A DNA stretch of 64,000 nt from an uncultured Planctomycetales bacterium (GTDB lineage: Bacteria > Omnitrophota > Gorgyraeia > Zapsychrales > CAYRXT01), in assembly GCA_964428315.1 (NCBI GenBank), contig CAYRXT010000006.1, forward strand, positions 8,071 to 72,070, read 5' to 3'. Position 1 is the first letter of the stretch, and every line of letters starts with the position of its first letter. Shown piece after piece: positions 44,653 to 55,273 of this stretch. Position numbers and translations under genes: made by a program. The notes under the pieces were generated by a model, which saw nothing but the letters and a program-made list of their open reading frames with translations, was not told the DNA's origin and searched no databases.

Positions 44653-45303
44653 ATGCTCTATCACGAAAGAAAGGCAAGACAAGAAGGATTTATTTTGCTT
44701 GTGGGGGTGGATGAATCCGGCCGTGGCCCCCTGGCCGGTCCCGTCGTTTCAGCAGCTGTTTGCCTCAGGCGCAAGACCTTCCGGAACAGGATCAACGATT
44801 CAAAACGCTTGTCGGCCCTGCAGCGGGAAAAGGCCTTTTACGAAATTCACAATAAGGCCTATGTGGGGCTGGGCATCATCAACGAGAGCGTGATCGACGC
44901 GGTCAATATATCCCGGGCCACGTTCTTATCCATGGAACGGGCGGTTGCGCATTGCCTTACAAAGATAGCCGCCGCTCAGGGCAGAACAAAACTTTCTAAC
45001 CGGACAGTATGCCTGTTGGTCGACGGGCTTTATTTTCAAAGCAGTCTGCCTTATGCCTGCCGGACACTCGTGAACGGCGACAGCAGATCTTTGTCGATCG
45101 CCTGCGCGTCCATCGTCGCTAAGGTGACTCGCGACCGCATTTTGGACATGTATGACAAGGTCTTTCCCCAGTACGGATTCGGACGGCACAAGGGCTACGC
45201 GACACGAAGTCATCGCCTGGCATGTCAACGCTTCGGTCCTTCGATGATCCATCGTGCGACATTCCGCTCTTCCGGGATGCCGGAAGCGAAAACAGAACTT
45301 TAA
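44653..45303 (+). CDS. rnhB: Ribonuclease HII
   Basis: GVDESGRGPLAGPV, DSK, SIACASIVAKVTRD and HKGY motifs. Confidence 0.96.
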   Translation: MLYHERKARQEGFILLVGVDESGRGPLAGPVVSAAVCLRRKTFRNRINDSKRLSALQREKAFYEIHNKAYVGLGIINESVIDAVNISRATFLSMERAVAHCLTKIAAAQGRTKLSNRTVCLLVDGLYFQSSLPYACRTLVNGDSRSLSIACASIVAKVTRDRILDMYDKVFPQYGFGRHKGYATRSHRLACQRFGPSMIHRATFRSSGMPEAKTEL

Positions 45304-45373
45304 CAGTTCATCGTTTCACGATAAAGAACTTGAGACAGCGGGCGGGCGGATTGCATTCGGAAGGAAATCCCGC

Positions 45374-45754
45374 ATGAAGGATTTTAAGAAGTTCGGGGCG
45401 GAAGGAGAAGGCGAGGCATCGGCCTTCCTGCAGAGACACGGCTACCGTATTCTTGAGACAAATTTCCGCACGAAGACCAGTGAAGTGGACATCATCGCCC
45501 GGCAGGGCGAGGTCTACTGTTTTGTTGAAGTCAAATCCCGGCGGTCGGCGAGATTCGGTTCGGCCCTGGAAACCGTCAAGACATCGAAACAAAGACAGAT
45601 CGCGAGGGCGGCCCTGCAGTACATACAGCGCCACAAGCTGTTCAAACAGCCGGTACGCTTTGACGTTGTTATTGTGACCCGGGATCCCGCGGGCCATAGC
45701 CGGCTGGAACTCATCCCCGACGCGTTTGAGACGGACATCCGCTATGCCTATTGA
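45374..45754 (+). CDS. yraN: YraN (UPF0102) putative endonuclease
   Basis: G..GE..A..L...GY.I...N, EVDII, FVEVKSR and RFDVV motifs; follows rnhB. Confidence 0.92.
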   Translation: MKDFKKFGAEGEGEASAFLQRHGYRILETNFRTKTSEVDIIARQGEVYCFVEVKSRRSARFGSALETVKTSKQRQIARAALQYIQRHKLFKQPVRFDVVIVTRDPAGHSRLELIPDAFETDIRYAY

Positions 45755-45771
45755 AATTTCTCGAATAAGGC

Positions 45772-45800
45772 TTGAGAGGGAAATCCCTTTGCTATATCAT
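45772..45800 (+). promoter_or_regulatory. Sigma70-type promoter for fchA-folD-oxidoreductase
   Basis: TTGAGA (45772-45777), 17-bp spacer, TATCAT (45795-45800). Confidence 0.5.
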
Positions 45801-45829
45801 TGATTTGGATGTAAGCCTTTCGTTCACCC

Positions 45830-46315
45830 ATGAAGAATCTTGAAACTTTCTCGCTCCAACGCTATGTTGACGCCTTGTCTTCGCGGCAGCCTGTCCCCGG
45901 AGGGGGATCCGCAGCCGCCTTGGTCGGTGCCCTGGGTGCGGGACTGATTGTCATGGCGGCGGAATATTCCCTCAGAAAAGGCAAGTCGAGATCCGTCGAG
46001 AAACGCATCAGAGACATTCTAAAAGAAGCACTGCGCCTGCGCCGGCGCCTCATGAAGCTTGTGGATCTTGACGCCCGCGCCTATATGAATTTTGTGAAGA
46101 CAAGAAAGGCTGCGCTGAAGAAAAGACAGGCGGCGCAGAAAAAAGCGCGTGATATTCCCCTGGAAACATGCTGTCTGTGTTATGAAGCTATCGCCCTGAC
46201 ACCGGATTTGATCAAGCTCGGCAATACAAACCTTATCAGCGATGTAGAGGTGGCTGTGGAATTTTTGTGGGCGGCGTACAATGCGGCCATGATCAACGTG
46301 AGGGTCAACACATGA
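45830..46315 (+). CDS. Cyclodeaminase/cyclohydrolase family protein (FchA-like methenyl-THF cyclohydrolase)
   Basis: P.PGGGSAAAL.GALGA.L..M, D..AY, GN.NLISD and A.INV..N motifs; ATGA overlap with folD. Confidence 0.85.
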   Translation: MKNLETFSLQRYVDALSSRQPVPGGGSAAALVGALGAGLIVMAAEYSLRKGKSRSVEKRIRDILKEALRLRRRLMKLVDLDARAYMNFVKTRKAALKKRQAAQKKARDIPLETCCLCYEAIALTPDLIKLGNTNLISDVEVAVEFLWAAYNAAMINVRVNT

Positions 46316-47187
46316 GCGCTCAACTGCTAGACGGGAGGGAACTGGCCGAAGAGATTCGGGATCAGCTTAAAGCGCAGGCCGAGAGGCTGTTCCAGGAATA
46401 CCGCCAGAGGCCGAGGGTCGTCAACATCAAGACAGGAGAGGACCTCGGGGCCACCGCCTATGCGAATTCGCAGAGGCGGGCCGCCGAAAGCATTGGTATT
46501 GATTATTGTCTGGAGACACAGCCGGAGGGTATCCGCCAGGAGGACCTAATCGCGCGCATCCACGAATTGAATAGGGACAAGGATATCCATGGGATCATGC
46601 TGCACAAACCCCTGCCGCCGCATCTGGATTATTCCCGGATTGCCAACCATGTCCATACGGCCAAAGATTTAGAGGGGATAAACGTGTCCAACATCGGGCG
46701 CATGATTCTGGGAAAAAGCAATCTTATACCGTGCACGCCCGCTGCGGTTATGGCCCATATTCATTCAACGGGTGAGAAGATTTACGGAAAAGAGACGGTT
46801 ATCGTCGGCCATAGTGAAATCGTCGGCAAACCCCTGAGCATGCTTCTGTTGAGGGAGCTGGCCACGGTGACGGTCTGTCATGTCGCGACCTATGAAGCCG
46901 GATATTTGATCGACCATATCCGCCGGGCCGATATCTTGGTCGTCGCTGTCGGCAAAGCCGGGCTGGTGAAAGGCGAATGGATCAAGTCGGGTTCGACCGT
47001 TATCGACGTGGGCATCAATCAAATCGGCGGCAAATTTCTCGGCGATGTGGAATTCCATGAGGCCCGGGACAGGGCCTCTTATATCACGCCCGTTCCCGGC
47101 GGCGTGGGACCGGTTACGGTGGTGATGTTGATGAAAAACGCCCTGGAGGCGTTCAAGTTGCAGATGGGGCAGGCGGGGGAAGAATGA
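46312..47187 (+). CDS. folD: Methylenetetrahydrofolate dehydrogenase (FolD family), probably monofunctional
   Basis: PCTP, IVGKP, IDVGIN, GDV and ITPVPGGVGPVT motifs; YxxxK reads YANSQ and VQLPLP reads LHKPLP. Confidence 0.93.
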   Translation: MSAQLLDGRELAEEIRDQLKAQAERLFQEYRQRPRVVNIKTGEDLGATAYANSQRRAAESIGIDYCLETQPEGIRQEDLIARIHELNRDKDIHGIMLHKPLPPHLDYSRIANHVHTAKDLEGINVSNIGRMILGKSNLIPCTPAAVMAHIHSTGEKIYGKETVIVGHSEIVGKPLSMLLLRELATVTVCHVATYEAGYLIDHIRRADILVVAVGKAGLVKGEWIKSGSTVIDVGINQIGGKFLGDVEFHEARDRASYITPVPGGVGPVTVVMLMKNALEAFKLQMGQAGEE

Positions 47188-48506
47188 AGAGGATACTGAT
47201 CGCCGGGAATTCGCCGGCGGCGGCGAGTTTTATCGAAGAACTCCGGCAGAGGGATCAGGACAGCGAGGTGACCCTCTTTTCTATGGAGGACCGGCTTCCG
47301 TGCCAGCGGCATCTCTTTGGCGATTTTCTCGCTCAGAATGTGACGGAAGACGAGCTGATGTGCCGCGACAATGAATTTTACGCGCGCCATCAGGTGAACG
47401 TGATTACGGGGAAAAAAGCAGTACGCTTCGATTTCAAGAAGAACCGGCTGGTCGGGGAGAACAGGGAGTATTTCGGTTACGATATCCTGGTTATCGTTGA
47501 TGCCCCGAGTTTTCGTTTTCCCGATATCCGCGGCACGAATAAGGACGGCGTGTTCAATTTCCGCCGCTGGCATGATATCAGAAGGATAGCCGGCCAGGCA
47601 CCGCTGATCGATACGGCGAGCGTTCAATCAGCCGGGCTGTCCGGATTAAAAGCCGCCTATGGCTTGCGTAAACGAGACAAGGAAGTCTTCCTCGTCGTGC
47701 CGGGACCGACGATATTGACGCATCTCATCGATGCGCAGTGTGCCCGGGTGATCGAGGGATATCTGGAAGGGCGGGGGATACAGATTATCCGTCAGAATTC
47801 GTTAAATCAGATTATGGGCGATGGTGACGTTAAAGCCATCCGGCTGGCCTCGGGAAAGGTCATGGCATCCCAGATGGTGCTTTTCACGGACATCCTTCCC
47901 GATTTGCGGGTTTTTTCGGACACCCCGCTGGAGCTTTCGCAGGGTATTGTTGTCAACGAGGATTGCCGAAGTCACATCGACAACGTGTACGCCCTGGACT
48001 GGGTTTGTCAAAAACACTTTCCCAAAGCGGTGGACGATTATGAATTATCTGCTTTATGGCTTGATCCGGCGGGAAGGAGACTGGCCGGATTTCTGAGCGG
48101 CCAGGATGAGAAAGAGGCTGGTTGTCTTCGCGACCTTCCCTTGACGTTGTTTGATATGAAAATCCGGATTATGGGAGATGTCATGCTGGCTAAGGCCGAT
48201 GTGTTCGAAAACGGAGACAGGCGGGCCTTATGCAAACTTTATTTCAGCGCGGGGTGTCTCCGCGGCGCCGTTCTCATCAACTGCGCGTTTTGTCCCGACC
48301 CCCTCAAAGAGATGATTGAAAGAGGCCGAACAACAATGGCTGAAGCGCGGACCTTTATTGAACGGACCGCGGGTGGGGACCTTTGTTCAAATGCGGCCTC
48401 TGCTGTGCTTGGGCTGGAGAGGACAGATATTTATCCCGTTAGTGGTGGGTGGGAAACGGCGTTTTCGAGAGATGACGGCATGCCGAGCGGGGACGACATG
48501 ACATGA
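47184..48506 (+). CDS. FAD/NAD(P)-dependent oxidoreductase homolog (NirB N-terminal/rubredoxin reductase-like) with degenerate cofactor motifs
   Basis: Overall two-Rossmann layout (KRILIAG.., YDILV, P.I.G...GVF..R, GIVVNE..RS...VYA, G.LRGAVLIN), but the glycine motifs are altered. Confidence 0.75.
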   Translation: MKRILIAGNSPAAASFIEELRQRDQDSEVTLFSMEDRLPCQRHLFGDFLAQNVTEDELMCRDNEFYARHQVNVITGKKAVRFDFKKNRLVGENREYFGYDILVIVDAPSFRFPDIRGTNKDGVFNFRRWHDIRRIAGQAPLIDTASVQSAGLSGLKAAYGLRKRDKEVFLVVPGPTILTHLIDAQCARVIEGYLEGRGIQIIRQNSLNQIMGDGDVKAIRLASGKVMASQMVLFTDILPDLRVFSDTPLELSQGIVVNEDCRSHIDNVYALDWVCQKHFPKAVDDYELSALWLDPAGRRLAGFLSGQDEKEAGCLRDLPLTLFDMKIRIMGDVMLAKADVFENGDRRALCKLYFSAGCLRGAVLINCAFCPDPLKEMIERGRTTMAEARTFIERTAGGDLCSNAASAVLGLERTDIYPVSGGWETAFSRDDGMPSGDDMT

Positions 48507-48559
48507 AGGGGGCAATAATTGCGCAATGCAACAAGGGAAGGCCAGAGATGAGATTTTTC

Positions 48560-48588
48560 TTGCAATATATTATCCTATATACTATTCT
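48560..48588 (+). promoter_or_regulatory. Sigma70-type promoter for TPR-polA
   Basis: TTGCAA (48560-48565), 17-bp spacer, TATTCT (48583-48588). Confidence 0.5.
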
Positions 48589-48606
48589 AGGCATGGGAAG
48601 GAATCA

Positions 48607-49443
48607 GTGAAAACCGTTAGATTCTTCTGTACACTTCTAATCTTCATTTTCTCGTTTAATACCTTTCAAAGCTCCGTTAATGCCGGTCAAATAGAAAAAG
48701 CCGCACAGGACTATCGTCAACAGGCCTATGAAGAGCAGGAAAAGGGTAATCTGAACGAGGCGTTGGCGCTTTATACGAAAGCGGAATCTCTAGGTGCAGG
48801 CGGTGCCGACTTTTTTAACGATGTAGGCGTCGTTTACGAGCAGCTGGGGATGACAGAAAAGGCCGAGACCAGTTATCTTAAGGCCATTCAAGAAGATAAA
48901 GGCTTCCTCCCGGCATATACCAATCTGGGTTATCTTTATAAAAATGAAGGAGACTTCGCGCGCGCCGCGGAGTTTTTTAAACAGCGGGCGGAATGGGGAT
49001 CGCCGGGTGATGCCTGGACCGTTCGGTCCCAGGAGGAACTGGATGCGCTTTCCGAAAAAGTCCCTTCCCTGCGGGCCTATCTGTTGAGGCGCAAAGCCGC
49101 CGATCTGACCCGGGAAGTGAATCAGAAAAAACAGGAAGAATTTTACCGCAAGGTCGCTCTGGCCAAGAAACATTTCACTATGGCCCAGGAATACGAAAAG
49201 AAAGAGAGATTCAGCCGGGCGATCGACGAATACACGCGAGCCCTCTCCTTGATGCCGGAAAACCCGAAACTCATCCAGGCGCGGAAGAAGGCCGAATTGG
49301 AATGGACGAAACGTAAGGTCAAACAACATACCGAATACGCCTTACGCTGGTTAGAATTGGGGGATACCTTGTCAGCCAAACTGGAATTCCGTAAAATACT
49401 CTCCATTATTCCCGACGAACCGATCTTTCTGTCTGAACAATAA
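48607..49443 (+). CDS. Exported tetratricopeptide-repeat protein
   Basis: GTG start after GGAAGG; signal peptide (SVNA-GQ); TPR motifs FNDVGVVYEQLG, AYTNLGYLY and AIDEYTRALSLMP. Confidence 0.85.
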   Translation: MKTVRFFCTLLIFIFSFNTFQSSVNAGQIEKAAQDYRQQAYEEQEKGNLNEALALYTKAESLGAGGADFFNDVGVVYEQLGMTEKAETSYLKAIQEDKGFLPAYTNLGYLYKNEGDFARAAEFFKQRAEWGSPGDAWTVRSQEELDALSEKVPSLRAYLLRRKAADLTREVNQKKQEEFYRKVALAKKHFTMAQEYEKKERFSRAIDEYTRALSLMPENPKLIQARKKAELEWTKRKVKQHTEYALRWLELGDTLSAKLEFRKILSIIPDEPIFLSEQ

Positions 49444-49484
49444 TCAAACCTTTCACATAGACATAGCCTTGACGATGAAAACCG

Positions 49485-52049
49485 ATGCCTGCTGCCACAT
49501 TATTTCTAATTGACGCGCATGCCCTCTGTTATCGTTCTTATTTTGCCATTCGTCATTTGTCGACAAGTTACGGACAGGCCACGAATGCCGTGTATGGCTT
49601 TGTGAGCACGCTGAGAAAGATCCTGCGTGATTGTCAGCCCGATTATGCGGCGGCGTGTTTCGATGTGGGCAAAAAAACCTTCCGGCAGGAACGCTACGGG
49701 GACTACAAGCTCCACCGCCCCCCGATGCCCGACGATCTTTCCAGCCAGATCCCTTTGATCAAGCATGTGATCGCGGCCTACAGGATCCCGGTTTTCGAAC
49801 TGGAAGGATTTGAGGCGGACGATATCATCGCCACGATCGCCGGGAAGGTCGATAAGAAGAGACTCAAGGTGATGATCGTCAGCGGAGACAAAGATATGAT
49901 TCAGCTGGTTGACACCAACATAAAGATCCTTCATCCCGGAAAAGATCTGGTGGTGGACGGGGCCGCGGTCAAGACGCAATACGGGTTCCCTCCCGAGAGG
50001 ATCGTTGATTTTATCGCCCTTTCGGGTGACAAGACGGATAACATACCCGGCGTTAACGGTATTGGAGACGTTACGGCCAAGAAGCTTATCAAACAGTACG
50101 GGCGGCTTGAGGATGTCCTCAACAAGATCGACGAGGTCACGCCTATCAAGCTGCGCGAAAAACTGAGGGATCAAAAGGAACAGGCGCTCTTTTCCCGTGA
50201 GTTGGCCGCGCTGGATCGTAATGTTCCCATTCAGTTTGATCTGGATCAGATGAAGGTTCGTGAACCCGACAAGAAACGTCTGTTCGCCCTGTTTCAAAAA
50301 CTGGAATTTCATAAGCTCCTCGAAGCGATAGAGGACGACCGCCCTGCGATTGAAGAAGGCAAATCCGTTGCGGTCGCCGATGCCTCCGGGATAGACGATT
50401 TTGTGGAATCCGCCCGGAAGAATAAGGTCTTCGCCTTCTGGCTCGATCATGCCGATGATAAGGAGGCCTTGTTTGAGGATATCTGGCTGGCCACTTTGCC
50501 TAAAGGAGTATGGCGTCTGAATATGTCAGAGAAAGAGCCCCTGAGGGAGGTGTTTTCCGACAAGGACATCCTCAAGGTCTGCCATGGCGCAAAAGAGGCG
50601 ATGAACTATTTTGAGCAGCACGGGTTGCCTATGAGCCGGGAACTTTTTGACGTAGGGATCGCGGGGTATCTTATCAGCCCTTCTCAGGGGCGATACGATA
50701 TCGACACCCTAACGTGGACCTTCCTGAAAAGGCGTATGCCCTCGGGCGGCGGGACGCGGCAGGTGCGGTCTCTCATAGAATTATACGGGGTGCTTCGCAA
50801 AGAACTGGAAGCCCGGGCCCTTTGGCAGCTCTTCGAGGATATTGAAATGCCGCTGGCACGCGTCCTTTGCCGCATAGAGTCCGAAGGCGTTCGGATAGAC
50901 AGAAAACTCTTGAAGACGCTGTCCGGCGAATGTCAGACGAAGATCGGAAAACTTGAAAAGGAGCTGTACAGGTTGTCCGGAGGGGAGTTCAATCTGAATT
51001 CGCCCAAACAGTTGAGCCGGGTACTGTTTGATAAACTCAAACTGCCTGCCCTTAAAAAGACAAAAACCGGTTTTTCCACGGATGAAGGCGTTTTGCTCAA
51101 GCTGTCCGAAAAACATAAAGTCCCCAAGCTTATCCTAGAATACCGGCAGCTGGCCAAGCTGAAATCAACCTATATTGACGCCTTGCCCAGGCTTGCCGAT
51201 CCCGAAACGGACAGGATCCATACGACGTTTCTCCAGACCGGAACGGAGACCGGACGGCTGAGTTCCAAGAACCCCAATCTGCAGAATATCCCCGTCCGCA
51301 CCGAACTGGGTAGGCAGATACGGCGGGCCTTTATCGCTTCAACGCGCAGACATTTGATCCTCTCGGCGGATTATTCACAGATCGAACTGAGGATCCTGGC
51401 TCACCTCTCGGACGATCCCGACATGAAAAGGGCATTCAAGCGCGATGAAGATATTCACGCCTACACGGCGTCTTTGATCTTTGATGTGAAGGAAGGGGAT
51501 GTGACGGCTCAGATGCGCAATACGGCCAAGCGGGTGAATTTCGGCATCATTTACGGGATGAGCGCCTTCGGACTGGCCAAGGACCTGAATATATCCACGG
51601 TTGAGGCCCAGGCCTTCATCGACAAGTATTTTTTGCGTTACCCGCGCGTCAAAAAATTCATGGACGAGCAGATCCGTCAGGCTGAACAATCGGGTTATGT
51701 CCTTACCCTCTTGAACCGCCGGCGGTATATCCCTGAAATTCATAACACCAACATGGCGGTGCGCCAGTTTGCCCAGAGGCAGGCCATTAACACCCCTGTG
51801 CAGGGCTCGGCGGCCGACCTGATCAAATTGGCGATGATCGACATTCAGGGAGAGCTTGAATCCCGGGGCCTCCAGACACGAATGATCATAACGGTTCACG
51901 ATGAACTTGTTTTTGATGTCCCGGAGGAAGAGAGAACTGCGGTCATCGCTCTGGTCCGTCATCATATGGAAACGCCTCTCCCGTTATCGGTTCCTGTTAA
52001 GGTTTCGATCAAGGCAGGGGACAATTGGCTGGAAATCGAAACAGTATAG
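49485..52049 (+). CDS. polA: DNA polymerase I (5'-3' exonuclease + polymerase; 3'-5' exonuclease domain degenerate)
   Basis: FEADD, GDK.DNIPGV.GIG, TGRLSS.NPNLQNIP, ADYSQIELR, K.VNFGIIYG and VHDEL motifs. Confidence 0.98.
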   Translation: MPAATLFLIDAHALCYRSYFAIRHLSTSYGQATNAVYGFVSTLRKILRDCQPDYAAACFDVGKKTFRQERYGDYKLHRPPMPDDLSSQIPLIKHVIAAYRIPVFELEGFEADDIIATIAGKVDKKRLKVMIVSGDKDMIQLVDTNIKILHPGKDLVVDGAAVKTQYGFPPERIVDFIALSGDKTDNIPGVNGIGDVTAKKLIKQYGRLEDVLNKIDEVTPIKLREKLRDQKEQALFSRELAALDRNVPIQFDLDQMKVREPDKKRLFALFQKLEFHKLLEAIEDDRPAIEEGKSVAVADASGIDDFVESARKNKVFAFWLDHADDKEALFEDIWLATLPKGVWRLNMSEKEPLREVFSDKDILKVCHGAKEAMNYFEQHGLPMSRELFDVGIAGYLISPSQGRYDIDTLTWTFLKRRMPSGGGTRQVRSLIELYGVLRKELEARALWQLFEDIEMPLARVLCRIESEGVRIDRKLLKTLSGECQTKIGKLEKELYRLSGGEFNLNSPKQLSRVLFDKLKLPALKKTKTGFSTDEGVLLKLSEKHKVPKLILEYRQLAKLKSTYIDALPRLADPETDRIHTTFLQTGTETGRLSSKNPNLQNIPVRTELGRQIRRAFIASTRRHLILSADYSQIELRILAHLSDDPDMKRAFKRDEDIHAYTASLIFDVKEGDVTAQMRNTAKRVNFGIIYGMSAFGLAKDLNISTVEAQAFIDKYFLRYPRVKKFMDEQIRQAEQSGYVLTLLNRRRYIPEIHNTNMAVRQFAQRQAINTPVQGSAADLIKLAMIDIQGELESRGLQTRMIITVHDELVFDVPEEERTAVIALVRHHMETPLPLSVPVKVSIKAGDNWLEIETV

Positions 52050-52053
52050 CATC

Positions 52054-52656
52054 ATGATGGTCGTCGGCATAACCGGAGGATTCGGGACCGGCAAGACGAC
52101 CGTGGCCCGTATGTTGTCCCGGCGGGGTGCCCGGTTGATCGAGGCTGATAAAATCGCCCATGCGCTTTTACGGCCGGGGAGCGGATGTTACCGGAAAGTC
52201 CTGGAGGCCTTTGGGCGGGACATTTTAAAAGAGAAGGCCATCGACCGAAGCGCACTGGCCCGGAAGGTATTCACTGATGCGAGGGCGTTGAAACGCCTGA
52301 CGGATATCATCCATCCCCGCGTGATTTCCGAGATCAAGCGAGAGATCGGAAATTATAAAAGGTCGGGGCACAGTGGAATCGCGGTCATTGATGCGCCGCT
52401 TCTTTTCGAAACAGGTTTAGATAGAGTCGCGGACACCGTTGTTGTCGTACGGGCCGACCGGCAGGCGCAGATCGACCGTCTGAAAAAGCGGCAGCGTATC
52501 AGCCGAGAGGAAATATTGAGGCGGGTGCGGCAACAAATGACTGTGCGCGAAAAGTTAAGACGGGCCGATGTCATCATCGACAATCGGGGCACCAAAAATC
52601 AAACGGAAAAACAAGTGAAGGCCTTATGGGAAAGACTTCAGAGAAGACTGTCATGA
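52054..52656 (+). CDS. coaE: Dephospho-CoA kinase
   Basis: [27 protein letters not shown] and AD.IIDN motifs. Confidence 0.95.
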   Translation: MMVVGITGGFGTGKTTVARMLSRRGARLIEADKIAHALLRPGSGCYRKVLEAFGRDILKEKAIDRSALARKVFTDARALKRLTDIIHPRVISEIKREIGNYKRSGHSGIAVIDAPLLFETGLDRVADTVVVVRADRQAQIDRLKKRQRISREEILRRVRQQMTVREKLRRADVIIDNRGTKNQTEKQVKALWERLQRRLS

Positions 52657-53957
52657 AAGACAATCAAAGGGGGAAAAAAACCATGTCAAAGACGATTGGT
52701 CAAGTGGACATCAGTAAACTCAAAGACATGAAGATGGCCGAATTGACGAAGTTGGCCAAGGAAATGAATATCAACGGGATCAGCGGCATGAAAAAACAGG
52801 ATCTCATTTTCAAGATCCTGCAGGGTCAGGCCGAAAAAGAAGGGCTCATGTTCGGGGCCGGGACTTTGGAAATCCTGCAGGAAGGTTTTGGATTTCTGAG
52901 AAGCGCCAATTACAATTATCTTCCCTGTCCCGACGATATTTATGTCTCCCCTTCACAGATACGTAAGTTCAATTTAAAGACGGGAGACCATGTCAGCGGC
53001 CAGATCCGTCCGCCCAAGGAGGGTGAGAAATACTTTGCCCTTTTGAAGGTCGAGGCGGTGAATTTCGAGAATCCCGAGGCCGCTAAGGATAAAATTCTTT
53101 TCGACAATTTGACGCCTCTTTATCCTTACGAGCGTTTGGTCCTTGAGACAAAGCCCCAGGAATTGTCGATGCGGGTTATGGACCTTTTGACCCCATTGGG
53201 AAAAGGACAGAGGGGGCTCATTGTCGCTCAACCCTACAGCGGGAAGACCGTTTTGCTTCAGAAAACGGCCAATTCGATCACCAACAATTATCCGGAGGTT
53301 TATTTGATCATCCTGCTCATTGACGAGCGTCCCGAGGAGGTCACGGACATGCAGCGCAATGTCAACGCGGAGGTGATCTCTTCGACCTTCGACGAACCCG
53401 CCGAGCGGCATGTCCAGATCGCCGAGATCGTGCTCGAGAAGGCCAAGCGTCTGGTCGAACACAAGAGGGACGTGGTGATTCTCCTGGACAGCATCACGCG
53501 CCTGGCGCGAGCCTATAACACGGTGGTGCCTCACAGCGGAAAGATCCTGTCCGGCGGTGTGGACTCCAATGCCTTGCATAAACCCAAGCGGTTTTTTGGG
53601 GCGGCCCGCGCGCTGGAAGAAGGCGGCAGCCTGACGATCATCGCTACCGCCCTGGTGGAGACTGGCAGCCGCATGGACGAGGTCATCTTTGAAGAATTCA
53701 AAGGAACGGGAAATATGGAGATCCAGCTGGACAGGTCTCTGTTTCAGCGCCGCATTTATCCGGCCATCGACATCAAGCGTTCCAACACCCGGCGGGAGGA
53801 ACTGCTGGTGGAAGAAGAGGAATTACAGCGCGTATGGCTGCTGCGCAAGGTCCTCAATGACCTCAATTCGGCTGAAGCGGTGGAGCTCTTGATTGACAAG
53901 ATGAGGAACTTTAAAACGAACAAGGAATTTTTGGAGAACATGAATAAAATAAGTTAA
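52653..53957 (+). CDS. rho: Transcription termination factor Rho (alternative starts 52626 and 52683)
   Basis: [47 protein letters not shown] and [11 protein letters not shown] motifs. Confidence 0.98.
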   Translation: MKDNQRGKKTMSKTIGQVDISKLKDMKMAELTKLAKEMNINGISGMKKQDLIFKILQGQAEKEGLMFGAGTLEILQEGFGFLRSANYNYLPCPDDIYVSPSQIRKFNLKTGDHVSGQIRPPKEGEKYFALLKVEAVNFENPEAAKDKILFDNLTPLYPYERLVLETKPQELSMRVMDLLTPLGKGQRGLIVAQPYSGKTVLLQKTANSITNNYPEVYLIILLIDERPEEVTDMQRNVNAEVISSTFDEPAERHVQIAEIVLEKAKRLVEHKRDVVILLDSITRLARAYNTVVPHSGKILSGGVDSNALHKPKRFFGAARALEEGGSLTIIATALVETGSRMDEVIFEEFKGTGNMEIQLDRSLFQRRIYPAIDIKRSNTRREELLVEEEELQRVWLLRKVLNDLNSAEAVELLIDKMRNFKTNKEFLENMNKIS

Positions 53958-53980
53958 AGATGAGCTAAAAGGAGGACACC

Positions 53981-54190
53981 ATGAAATCCGGTATTCATCC
54001 CAAATACGAGGAGACCACCATCACCTGCTCTTGCGGTGAGGTCATTCACACGCGTTCAACGAAAAAAAACATGCGCGTGGAAATCTGTTCGCAATGCCAT
54101 CCTTTTTTTACTGGCGACAAAAAATTTGTCGACACGGCAGGCCGGATCGACCGGTTTGAAAAGCGCTACGGGAAGAAGAAAGCCAAATGA
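53981..54190 (+). CDS. rpmE: 50S ribosomal protein L31 (Zn-binding type)
   Basis: [23 protein letters not shown] and GRIDRF motifs; SD AGGAGG. Confidence 0.97.
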   Translation: MKSGIHPKYEETTITCSCGEVIHTRSTKKNMRVEICSQCHPFFTGDKKFVDTAGRIDRFEKRYGKKKAK

Positions 54191-54208
54191 TCCCCCCGGG
54201 CAGGCCTT

Positions 54209-55273
54209 ATGTCTATGCACGATAAATTGGCCAAAGCGCAACAACGCTACGATGACATCGAAAAGCAGCTCGCCGATCCTGAGATAGCCTCGAATCACGC
54301 GTGTTATCAAAAACTAGCCAAAGAGCATTCTGATCTGACGCCCTTGATCGCGGCTTACCGGGAATTCCAGGGGGTTGTCCGGCAGTTGAACGACTTGTCT
54401 CTTCTCCTTAAGGAAAAGCACGAAGAGGAGCTTGAGAAGATGGCGAAGACCGAGATAGAGGCCCTCGAAGAGAAAAGGGCCGAGATCGAAAAGCGGCTGG
54501 AAGACTTCCTTAATCCGGTCAGGCAGGAAAAAGACCGCAACGTGATCATTGAAATCCGTGCGGGTACGGGAGGCGCGGAGGCGGGGCTGTTTGCCGCCGA
54601 CCTTTTCCGTATGTACGCAAAATATGCTGACGCTAAAGGCTGGAATGTCGAGTCTATCAGTTCTCATGAATCGGAAGCGGGGGGGCTTAAGGAGGCGATT
54701 TTCAGCATTAGCGGAAAAGGGGCTTCGAAAAGATTGAAATGGGAAAGCGGCGTCCACCGTGTTCAGCGCGTACCCACGACCGAGGCCTCGGGACGTATCC
54801 ATACCTCGGCCGCGACGGTCGCGGTCTTGTTTGAGCCCGAAGAAGTCGAGCTTCAGATTGATCCCAAGGATCTTAAAATAGACGTCTTCCGTTCATCCGG
54901 TCCGGGCGGCCAGAGCGTCAACACGACGGATTCCGCGGTCCGGATTACTCACATCCCGACGGGGACGGTCGTGGTATGTCAGGATGAACGCTCCCAGATG
55001 AAAAACAAGGCCAAGGCCATGAGGGTTTTGCGGGCAAGGCTTTTGGACAACATGAAAAAAGAGAACCTCAACAGGACGACTCAGGAGAGAAAGGCACAGG
55101 TGGGAACCGGAGACCGCAGCGAAAAGATCCGGACCTACAATTTTCCCGACCGGCGGGTGACCGACCACCGGATCGGATTTACCACCCACCGGCTGGAAAA
55201 CATCCTTAACGGTGAACTGGACGAAATAACGGAAGCCTTGATGAAGGCCGCCCAGGAGTCTCTGGAGAAATGA
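54209..55273 (+). CDS. prfA: Peptide chain release factor 1
   Basis: [22 protein letters not shown] (PxT), GGQ and [11 protein letters not shown] motifs. Confidence 0.98.
   Translation: MSMHDKLAKAQQRYDDIEKQLADPEIASNHACYQKLAKEHSDLTPLIAAYREFQGVVRQLNDLSLLLKEKHEEELEKMAKTEIEALEEKRAEIEKRLEDFLNPVRQEKDRNVIIEIRAGTGGAEAGLFAADLFRMYAKYADAKGWNVESISSHESEAGGLKEAIFSISGKGASKRLKWESGVHRVQRVPTTEASGRIHTSAATVAVLFEPEEVELQIDPKDLKIDVFRSSGPGGQSVNTTDSAVRITHIPTGTVVVCQDERSQMKNKAKAMRVLRARLLDNMKKENLNRTTQERKAQVGTGDRSEKIRTYNFPDRRVTDHRIGFTTHRLENILNGELDEITEALMKAAQESLEK

Noticed and set aside
44546-44893. ORF 44579-44893 and a possible RNA between rplS and rnhB
   Set aside because: The ORF overlaps rnhB out of frame; the intergenic part shows no tRNA or known RNA motif.
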